DNA of 64,000 nt, from NCBI RefSeq assembly GCF_963676685.1, contig NC_092348.1, positions 71,052,001-71,116,000 on the forward strand, given 5' to 3'. A program made the position numbers and the translations under genes. The stretch comes from Mytilus edulis. Taxonomy: Eukaryota. Below the pieces are notes generated by a model. It was not told the origin of the DNA and made no database searches. It saw nothing but the letters and a program-made list of their open reading frames with translations. Below are positions 50,098-61,100 of this stretch, piece by piece. The stretch's first letter is position 1. Every line of letters begins with the position of its first letter.

Positions 50098-52040
50098 TGG
50101 AAAGTTTGCTATAGCTTGCTATAGCAATAAACTTTCTTAAGGCATCGGCCTAACCGGAAAAGAGACAGCCTAACTTACTTTAGGAAGTGTGTCCTACTTC
50201 TAGATAATGTAGTACTGGTGTTTGAAAACTAATAATAGAAAGATGCTTTTGAAATTTTGAGCTCTTCTATTTTAATAGCATACAGCTTGAATAAAAAATG
50301 CACTGAATTTTGATCGATAAATCAAATAATTCAACTTCATTTGAAAGACGAACAAAAACTACTTCGCGGATCTGCGCTACGCGGAAAGTAAAATCAATAC
50401 ACACACGAGACAGCAGTTTCTACGTTATGATTTTATCGGTATTCTTCAGACATGCGTCAGATCCATATATGTGTGCCTCCAAACGGGAGTACTACAATCC
50501 CGGTTTCAAAGGTTTCCTACCTTCCTCCGGTTGAAGAGAAAATTAATAGCATGTTTAAAATATTTCATGAATGAACATTTTTCGTCGCTTTATACTACGA
50601 TTTTTACAAATTTCTATTCAATATGTAAAAGCCCGAGAGTATCGGAAGTATCATGGTATCTCATCTGATCTCGGCCCACAACAAACTCGGACTATAATAA
50701 ACTCGGCCTTTTAAAATAAAATAAATCAAAATGAAATATAGAAGAAGTCCACAGGGGTGACCCAACCAACTTTTTTTGGAAAACTTATACGGTCGAGATG
50801 ATCACCCCTAAACCATATATATTCTATTTTATGGGGCAACAAAACAAAACCAATGAAATATAGTGGGAGTACCTCTGAATCATCCCCAACCCCTCATGTT
50901 TGAGAACTTGTAAACGGTTGAGATCCCCAACCCTTAATCATAAATATTCTTGTATTGGACAATAAAACGAATAAAGTGAAATATAATTAAGTCCCTCCGT
51001 GTAACCCCACCCCATCCTGTTTTGAGAACTTGTAAACAGTCAAGATCCACCCCCTTTTCGAAAACTTGAAAACTGTTGAAATCCCCACACTGAAACAACA
51101 TATATTCTTGTACGGAATAATAAAACAAATCAGATGAAATAAAAGGCTAGTCCCCTAGGGCCACTCTTACCCTACCTCCTGCCTGTTTGAGAACTTGTAA
51201 ACTGTCTAGATCCCCACCCCCAAATCATGAATATCACTTTACTAGACCGGACCAATTTGTATTGGACTTTGCTTAATGTCAGGCGACCCGTGGGAATGAC
51301 TAATTTTGAGAGCTTTGTTTGGGAGACTTCGTAGCAGCATCCTGTTACAATTATTTCTTGATAAAGTTTTTTCTTTTTTAAGGGGGTTCGCGGGTCTAAA
51401 TCATTTATATAGGATTTCTCTATATTTTTCTATAAATGAACTTTATCTTATAGTTGATAGAAAAATAAAATAAAAATGTGGGGTCACCGTTCATTTGCGC
51501 TCACAATCTGCCTTCGAAAGAAGCATACATTTTTGTAAAGGAGGTTTTTTTCTGTTGCAGTAATAGGAGAAATAAAGGTAATATCGAAAAAAAAAGAAAG
51601 AAATTTATTACAGAAATCGCTCAAATTTTACAATAATTTAGTTTAAGTACAGCTTATATGGAAATTATATTAATAAATATAGGTCACCGATGAGTTAAAA
51701 AAGATGTTTCAATTTTAAAGCCAAAAAATGGCATTTTTCCACCAAAGGGAGATAATTTGGAACTTTTTCAATGATGCATACATTTTAAAAGTCATCTGGG
51801 GCCAACACGAATTGTTTGTTTTGAATGATTTTTGTACCATATGATAGGTAACAACTACAAAAGGTAACAAATAAAATTTGAAATGAAAAACAAATGTTTA
51901 TTTTTTTTCTGAAATTTTTATACCCTCGAGCCTCCTTAAGTAGGAAAAAAAGGTAACCATGCAATCTACACACTATCTATTTGAAATATTACAATCTACA
52001 GTTGCAAACTTTCCACAGGTGCTATCCAGCACTTTGATTT
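50098..52040 (+). mobile_element. Helentron/HINE-like element inserted in right TIR of the Mutator-like element
   Basis: Subterminal IR tggaaagtttgc / gcaaactttcca, 3' hairpin gtgct-atcc-agcac, T-run insertion site, internal repeats 50730-51230. Confidence 0.65.
51382..51935. mobile_element. Nested MITE with TTAA target duplication (Kolobok/piggyBac-type)
   Basis: TTAA-GGGGGTTCGCGGGT...ACCCTCGAGCCTCC-TTAA. Confidence 0.75.
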
Positions 52041-52551
52041 ATATTATCATTATATTGAACTTTTTGTTTCACAAAAACAAAAGTTTAAAGATATCCACTG
52101 AATATTAAAAATGTTATTGAAGTTGGAATTAGTCCGACCATAGATTTTCAGGTCCCTTCAGGTCTATTCATTTCTCCCTTCAGGTCCAACTTTTGTTTTT
52201 AATTTAAAAAGTTTAAATTTAAATGAAATATGGATATTTGCAATTAATAAAATTACAACTTGAAGAAATTCCATCCAATAAAAAAAAAATATTGCAATTT
52301 GAATACTTTTAGTCGTATATTTTCAGGTCTTTTCAGGTCTTTTTCGGTCCACTTTCAGGTCTTTACTGTAACCCGAGTCAATATAGTGTATTACACAACT
52401 TAATCTAAACTAAAATCTATATATTTGATGTAGAATAGAACTTTCAGAATTAGTTGGGTGTCATTGTGTGGTTTTTCCGTTCAAAACGATTACACGATCA
52501 ACGAGGTTACCGTTGATTATAAAATCAACACTTCAGGGTTGTTGGAAACAC

Positions 52552-52559
52552 ACTTCCGG
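52552..52559 (+). promoter_or_regulatory. ACTTCCGG ETS-type motif, candidate nuclear receptor promoter region
   Basis: Consensus motif in non-repeat sequence 2.3 kb upstream of first identified coding exon; TSS unknown. Confidence 0.3.
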
Positions 52560-52944
52560 TTCAACCAAAACCTAATACTTTTGTTGTTGTTGACGAATAA
52601 TTTTACTCAGGTTGTAAATATATCTGTCAGCTTAGCTGTTATTGTTTTAATGCACGATTTAACATATTCCAAAAATGTCTTGCATGGTGAGAAGAACAAT
52701 GGTGGCCAGACACAAAAGCTTTCTCTGATTTTACATATAAAAGAAGAATGTTCATCAACACACTTTAGACAAAAATACCTGTGTTAACACCCTACAACTT
52801 TTTCTGTGAACAAATAAAACTACAATTTGAAAATTTTAAAAGCGTAGCAGCACCTAGATAAATAAATGACGCAACCTTCATGATCATGTCCATTTCAAGT
52901 TTAAAAAAGTAAAAAACTGTACGTACATAATTTGTATTTTGTAA

Positions 52945-53355
52945 TTTTTATACGACCGCAAAAATTTTAATTTTTTGGTCGTATATTGCTATCACGTTGG
53001 CGTCGTCGTCGTTGTCGTCCGAATACTTTTAGTTTTCGCACTCTAATTTTAGTAAAAGTGAATAGAAATCAATGAAATTTTAACACAAGGTATATGTCAG
53101 ACCACAAAAGGAAGGTTGGGATTAATTTTGGGAGTTTTGGTCACAACATTTTAGGAATTAGGGGCCAAAAAGGGCCCAAACAAGCATTTTCTTGGTTTTC
53201 GCACTATAACTTTAGTTTAAGTGAATAGAAATCTATGAAATTTTGACACAAGGTTTATGACCACAAAAGGAAGGTTGGGATTAATTTTGGGAGTTTTGGT
53301 TCCAACTGTTTAGGAATTAAGGGCCAAAAAAGGGCCCAAATAAGCATTATTCTTG
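52945..53355 (+). mobile_element. Helentron/HINE-like element, 3' truncated
   Basis: 5' hairpin tatacgacc..ggtcgtata, (GTC)n microsatellite, two units of about 160 bp in tandem. Confidence 0.7.
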
Positions 53356-54874
53356 TTTATGAATGTTTTCTTTCCTTCCCACAAAAGATGGTAGAATAAA
53401 CAAACACCTGAGTTTTATTTGATACAGTCCACTTATTGACACTATTTATATCACCTTTTTATGCTGATTTCTATTGTCTATTTTGATCAAAGCAGTGTCT
53501 GGTGGACCAAGCATGTGGGGACGAGTAGACAAATTGGCAATCATAGGCTATGCTTCCCCACATCCGGTTTATAATTGTACATATCTATTTATCGGTCTCT
53601 CACTGTCTATATCTATGCTCAGCTCTTAACAAGCTTAATAAAATTGCTTATCACGGCTTTGTGACGTCAACATTGACCCATCCTTAACAAATGCTTAATA
53701 ACTTTGACCCGAACATATCAGCGACGTCATAATGTTTGAACCGAAGTTGATAAGTTTGACCTGAAGTTATAAAGGCATCTTCTGGTTACTGGTAAAACTA
53801 AGTAAACGCTTCCAAAAGGCTCAAAGCCTCAAATACAGCTTGATAAATCGATTATCACTGATTCACTAGGTTATCTGCATATTGATATTGTAAAATATCA
53901 GCTGTTTGACACAATATGAACATGATGAAGGCTTTTTATCTGGTTCGCTGCACTCAATCGACAAAAAGCTTCATATTGTGACTGGCAGGTGATATTTTAC
54001 AATATACACATGATATAAACATGCAGACAACCTGATAATATGTTCGTATTAAATGTATGTATCACTTCTTCAAGTGTATAAACATGATATTAAAACAAGA
54101 CCTGTATTACATTGTACATCATTTTGTACATTTATAGTATTAAGCCTAGCATAACTATGATGATTGATAAGTATTTGATTACAAATTACATGTACATCAG
54201 TCTACATTAATATATACATGTACTACCAAGGATATTTACAGCTATTCGTAGTGAAATATCAATCCTTTACTGAATATCTGAATACTATTTTATGCAGTTC
54301 ATCAAGCAATCAGACAAAAAATTTCACCTTCATGTCCTTGCTTACATTTCGAACAACATGTACATGTATATATATGTATTACAAATCATTATAAAATGTA
54401 TAACTAAACTTCAGAGTGACATCCTTATTAAAGAATTGCAATCAAACTAGTCCATAACATCAAACAGAATTATCAACATGATCAATGTATTAAATTCTTG
54501 GAAAATACAGGTTGATTGAAATTTTCATAGGTTTTTTTTCACATTTATTTTGTTGATGTAAAAACTTGATAATTTAACAGGTAAAAAAAACTGCAGGTAA
54601 ATGAAGTTACAGGTGTTTTATTGCCCTTCACCTGATATTTCTTGGTGTGAACATTAAATTACATGTGCTAATATAACAACAGCTTTATATTTGCCAGTAT
54701 TTACTGGTACAAATGTATTTACCGCCATCACGGTCAATATTAGTATTGTCAACCTTGAATAATATTATATGTATTGGACCATGCATGGTATTATTATTTT
54801 TTTATCTTTTTCACCTTAAATAACATGAATAATAACTTGTTTTTCTTCTATATTTAGTTTACAGACCATCACAG

Positions 54875-55105
54875 ATGTTTTCAGATGAACAATCTGTTGC
54901 TCAGGATCTGTACCACACAGACATGTCATCATCCGCGATGGGAAATTCACAAATGACATCATCCATAATAGTGCAGCCTTCACAACTATCTGCCACCAAA
55001 ATAGAACAGTTATCTGTCTCAGATATGGGAGATTCACCTGATAATCCTGGTACACTGTACATAGGAGAGCAAATGATGGGACAGCAAATATCACCAACAC
55101 CACAG
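54875..55105 (+). CDS. Nuclear receptor N-terminal A/B exon (S/Q/M-rich); true start may be further upstream
   Basis: 77 codons ending CAG/GTACTA, phase 0 matches DBD exon. Confidence 0.75.
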
Positions 55106-58100
55106 GTACTATATCATGTACATGTACTAAGTCTTATCTTAAAGATATTATATTTATTGACAGAAAATTGATGTGATAAAATGGTCATGATAGTCGTTCT
55201 TTATCCCTTGTTTTGTTAAAGATTTTTGCTCCTATTTATTATGAGAACAAGCTTTTTAAAAAACTGTTATAAATTGATACTTGATGATATTATGATTTCA
55301 GCGTTACTGATCATAATATGATAATAAAGGTAAATCCAGAAAAGAGTTTGGACACATGAAATTTGTTAACATATTTATTTCACTTCATGATAAATATTGG
55401 ATCTTGAAAGTAGAAAAAATGACAGATCTGTGTCCTTTATTTAGAGATAAAAATCAATTGAAAATTTGGTATGACATGTATGGTTGATTCCGTCTAGATT
55501 ATTTATACTTTTAATCTTTGCACCTTTGATCATGTTGATCTTTCTAAAACTCTGAAAAATAAGTAGGATTTTAAAAGATTTTCATACATGAATATGACTT
55601 TTAAAACCATTTGTAATAAAATTATGAAAAGAAAAGTAATTGTTTTATTGGGACTTCATGTAGTCAGGATTCTACTTTGTCAAAATTATCTCCCCATTAC
55701 GCCAGTTCATTTTTACAATCGTAGAAATGGAAGCCATTGTAGGGATGACGCGCTACCAATTTGCTCTTGGAAACAGATAAATTTATCCACATTGCACCAT
55801 TACGATCCTTATATGTCAGTTGTATTTTAAAAGACAAATGTATCAACTAGCTAATGCGCATCAGTTAATGATCTTGTCTGCACTGAGTCAACTTAAAACT
55901 ATTGTCTGATCAGTTGTCAGGTGGAATTTTCGAAAATTCATAAACATTTAAAAAAAAATCTAATGAAATATTTTGTGGAAGGGCAGACTAGATTTTTTCA
56001 GTGTAGTGGTTGAAGACTATAAACCCTAATTATCACACACAAAAAATTATAATTTTCCGAAGATATGCATTTTCATCATCCAACTTGAAAGACTGTCGTC
56101 AATTACTTTTGGTAAAAAAAATAGCTATTCGAACACACCAACTCTTGTTATTGTGATTCATTGGATAGGTATTTCGCTTGACCCATATATTTCATCTTTT
56201 AGTACTGTGATTTTTTTATGTTTTAAAGTCAACTTGTAGCTTTGATATATAAAAATCATGATAGAATCTGAAGCGAGACGATGTATGAAATATTCTTGCT
56301 TTGTACGATATCAAGACAAAATATTAAACTCAAACACGCCCTAACATAAAAAGGTGCACTCGATTTTCTCTTTTCCATACAATTGTTACCAATTTTTTGG
56401 AATTTTTTTCTTGAGTCCCATTATGGAAGGGCAGACACGAAAATTACTGAACTAATCATGCTAATAGATTGATATGTTTTCCGTCCATGTTAATTTAAAA
56501 AAAAAATCAGAGGTTATGCATTTTCTACATCCATCTTGAAAGATACCCATGTCGTCGACTTGATATCTAATTGTTCTGTTTAACTATGTACTAGATAAAT
56601 TGAAAAATTATGCAAATGGTGTTTTTAAAATAAAACACTTCGTAATTGAGAAGAAAATTGTCATTTTATTTGTTTCTGTTACGTTTTAAAATTTTGGTCA
56701 CTATAGTAAACATTACAGTAAGCCTTTATCGCCTTCTCTAACAAAGAGATTCGATTCTTTTGTTCTATTTCAACTGGGTTTCCACCTGCATGGATATCTA
56801 CATTGTAATAAAAAGTAAAAAAAACAATAGAAGTGAACGTCCTGAAACAAACACATTCAATTCATTTATTGTGTTGAGACATTATAACAGCTTGTATCCT
56901 GCTTATATACATGTATGTTAGACAAACACCTGATTACTGATGAATTAAAATAAATGAAATTTAAATATTTTTTCTTCAGAAGTCAGAAATAGAGTGTTTT
57001 GTATTCCTCCTGCTTGATCTTTTGAAATGTTTTGGTTCTAACATGCATGATGCATCCATTCTCAATTTTATAGTAACAAAGTCAAACTTAGTAAGAAGAT
57101 TGATTGATTGCTTAACATGACTTTCAGCACTTTACAATATAGTACTCAGAGTAGTGGTCAGTTTTTATTGTTTGGAGGAAGTCGAAGAGAACCTCAACCT
57201 TTGGCAGGATAAATCACGAGCTATCTTAGTTTATTAAGATCATGAAGTTAGACGTCAAACCCACCTGCCATGATCAGGGTTCAAACTCTCAATCTTGGTG
57301 TTGACATACTGGTGATTAATGTAGATAAACTACTGAGAACACTGACCTCTGAGTCCCATAAATGCGTCATGAACAATATGGAGGAATTGAAAACAAGGTC
57401 CATTTGGAATTATGATTATCAACTTCTATTATGTAACTTATTTTGAAGGTTTCCACAACAGTAGATCTCCATTCCTCAGACTCTGGACAGAGCTCACAAT
57501 TCCAAGAGCCTATAGCCCCATGTCTGGTGTGTGGAGATAAAGGATCAGGGTACCACTACTCTGTATTCTCCTGTGAAGGTTGTAAAGGCTTTTTCAAGAG
57601 GACTGTTCAAAAGTTTCTGTCATACACATGTAAAGGTTCAGGGAATTGTAATGTCAGCAAGTTCACACGTAACAACTGTCAGGCTTGTCGATTTCAGAAA
57701 TGCTTGGAGGCTGGTATGAAGAAAGAGGGTAAGATAATAAAAAAAACTGTTCAATTATGTAACGTGCGTCCTTGAGGGGAGATAAATCTTGAAATATTAT
57801 TGTTTCTAGAAATTTAAATGTAAGAAATATATAAATGTAATGAAACAATATCAGAATGAGTACGCAAAAAGCAACAAGGTATTCATTTAACATTTTGATG
57901 TCATTGTAAAATTTAATAAAATAAAAAAAGAGACAACAAACCACAAAAGAAAGTTGAAAATGCATTCACTCGTGACCACAGAAGTTAGATATTAAATACA
58001 TTATTGACAAGCCAGTTATTTAAAGAATGGTAAAATACTTTTTATTTCTTTTAATTTACAAAGCTTACAAGACATATACTGCATGTACTGTAAATTCAGA

Positions 58101-61100
58101 AATTATTGCGTGCATTTATTATTGTGATTTTTGTCGTTTAGACTTAAATGGAATTTTATTTTTTACAATTTTGAGAAAAATCCTGTTTAATTCATTTAAA
58201 ACATTTCAAAACGCGAGTTTAAATTATTGCGTTTACAACTCTGTCGCATTTTTCGCAATTATAAAAACCTCGCAATAATTTCTGAATGTACAGTATTTAT
58301 AACCTTCTTCTTTTTGTAGTAATACATTTTTGACGATTTTTCATTTTTCTATTCATGCTATTGTCAACTTGTCTGTTTTGTATTTACATGTATCTCTCAT
58401 AGACAAATGATAGACATTCTTTGACAAATTTGTTGTTAAAATGAAAAATCTGTTTACAGCTGTTCGTGATGACAGATCCCCTGGTGGTAAGAACAGGAAC
58501 AAGAGACAACGATTAGAAGACATTCCAGGTTTAATTAATCCAGATGGTACCATTAACATTATACCAGAGAGTATAGAACCAGAAGAAGATAACCTAATTG
58601 TGGGACTGGTACAAGCCAAGCCTGATCTAACTCCTAAATTTGAAAGTGGTAATGTGATAAGAAATGCTCTGTCACTCGTTAACATGTCAAATATTGCTTC
58701 CTTTGTGAACTTAAATTTATTTGCTCACCTGGCCCAAAGGGCCAAGTGAGCTTTTCCCATCACTTTGCGTCCGTCGTCTTTGTTAACTTTTACAAAATCT
58801 TCTCCTCTGAAACTACTGGGCCAAATTAAATCAAACTTGGCCACAATCATCATTGGGGTATCTAGTTTAAAAAATGTGTCCGGTGACCCGGCCAACCAAC
58901 CAAGATGGCCGCCATGGCTAAAAATAGAACATAGGAGTAAAATGCAGTTTTTGGCTTATAACTCAAAAACCAAAGCATTTAGAGCAAATCCGACAGGGGT
59001 AAACATTTATCTGCCCTGAAATTTTCAGATGAATCAGACAACCTGTTGTTGGGTTGCTGCCCCTAAATCAGTAATTTTAAGGAAATTTTGTTTATTTTGG
59101 TTATTATCTTGAATATTATAATAGATAGAGATAAACTGTAAACAGCAATAATGTTCAGCAAAGTAAGATTTACAAATAAGTCAGAATGACCGAAATGGTC
59201 AATTGACCCCCTAAGGAGTTATTGTCCTTTATAGTAAATTTTTAACAATTTTCATAAAATTTGTAAATTTTTATTAACATTTTCCACTGAAACTACTGGA
59301 CCAAGTTCATTATAGATAGAGATAATTGTAAGCAGCAAGACTGTTTAGTAAAGTAAGATGTACAAACACATCACCATCACCAAAACACAATTTTGTCATG
59401 AATCCATCTGCTTCCTTTGTTTAATATTCACATAGACCAAGGTGAGCGACACAGGTACTTTAGAGCCTCTAGTTATTAATGTAAATCAGAAATTATTGCC
59501 TGCATTTATTATTGCAATTTTGTCATTTGAGACTAAAATACAATTTTATTTTTTGAAATATTGAGAAAAATCCTGTTTAATTCATATAAAAAAATATCAA
59601 AATGCGAGTTTAAATTATTGGAATAATAACCATGTAAGTATTAATTTATATATTTTGAAAAGCAAAGTGGCGTCTTAATTCGGTATTTGAAGAGTTGATG
59701 GAAATTGCTGATATTTTATATTATGTCCCAACATTTAGCATAAATAAAGATCACACACATGTTCTGATTAAAAAATAACTCTCCTGTACAAAGTTAAAAT
59801 AATCTATTCTTTCATTGCAGCTATAAACCAAAAAGTTAGTTTGTTAAGTCACAGTATGTATTCGTCTCCTGTATATAGTCAGTCCATTTATATAAGTGTT
59901 GTAAATGCCTCAGTACAGAAGGATAGGGGTTCTTTCTTGGCTAGATCAATCCGAAGACTTTAAAAATGGCATTTACTGATCTACCATGGAGTATATGGCT
60001 TTATGAGTAAGAGCAAACTAGGCGGCACAAACTGAAAAATAAGTTACATATAATACAGTGGTTATCGTTTGTTGGTGTGCTACATACTTGATTTCTGTTC
60101 ATTATGTTGTACATAAATTAGACAGTTGGTTTTCTCATTTGAATTGCTTTACATTTGTCATTTTGGGGTCTTTTATTTCTGACTATGTGGTATGGGCTTT
60201 TTCATTGTTGAAGACCATACAATGAACTATTGTTGTTAATGTCAGTGTCATTTGGTCTATTGTGGAGAGTTGTCTCATTACAATTTGCAATTATACCACA
60301 TCTTTTCTTTAATCAAAGAAGGGCTTGTTTAGACCAAATTGAAAATCGTCCAACCGGTTAAAAAAGGCTTTCTTGCTTTAGGTAACATAGACTACTGTTT
60401 GCTGTTAACATTGAGACAGAATTATCTGTTCAGGTTTTTATACGCCTGTCAAAATTTCGACGGGACTTATTATGGTATACAAATGTCCGGGGTCTGTCTG
60501 TCCGTCCGTCTGTCTGCCCATTGTAAATATGTCGCACCCTAACTTGAGAATCACTTATCCAAATTTTATGAAACTTCATATAGTTGTTTCTTATGATGGT
60601 CAAATGATCTGTATACTTTTTGGTGAAAATAAGATTAAAACTTTTTGGGAACTGCACTTTGTAACTAAAACAGGGGTCTGTTTTTTTCACATGTCGCACC
60701 GTATCTCAAAATAGTTTTTTAATTATTGCTTAAAACTTAACACACTTTTTAGTTATATTTATCTCAAGATCTGTATACTTTTTGGTGATGATTCAAATTT
60801 TCATTTTTGAGTTATTGAGTATTTTGTAAAAAAGGGGGAGGGTTTTTTTTTCATGTCACGCCGTATCTCAAAAAGGATTTATGATTATTGCTTTAAACTT
60901 TACACACCGCTTTGTTATATTAATCTTAAGATCTGTATACTTTTTGGTTTTGATTCAGAATTTTATTTAATGTGATATTTATTTTTGTAAAAAAAAAAGA
61001 GGGGGGTTTCACATGTCCCGCTGTATCTTAAAAACAATATATGGTTATTGCTTAAAACTTTCCCAGAAACTATTTATGATTATTGCATAAAACTTCCACA

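Larger units (their letters stand above)
47817..52374. mobile_element. Non-autonomous Mutator/foldback-like element, 4.56 kb
   Basis: Exact 9-bp TSD GAGTCAATA (47808-47816, 52375-52383); about 400-bp TIRs beginning GGGTTACA with repeated gacctgaa motifs; no transposase ORF. Confidence 0.9.

Noticed and set aside
47817-52374. Autonomous transposon or captured gene inside the Mutator-like element
   Set aside because: No transposase or other credible coding sequence inside.
52570-52690. Candidate first exon of the nuclear receptor (ATG/GTGAGA near 52684)
   Set aside because: Several possible donors and acceptors; cannot be resolved without transcripts.
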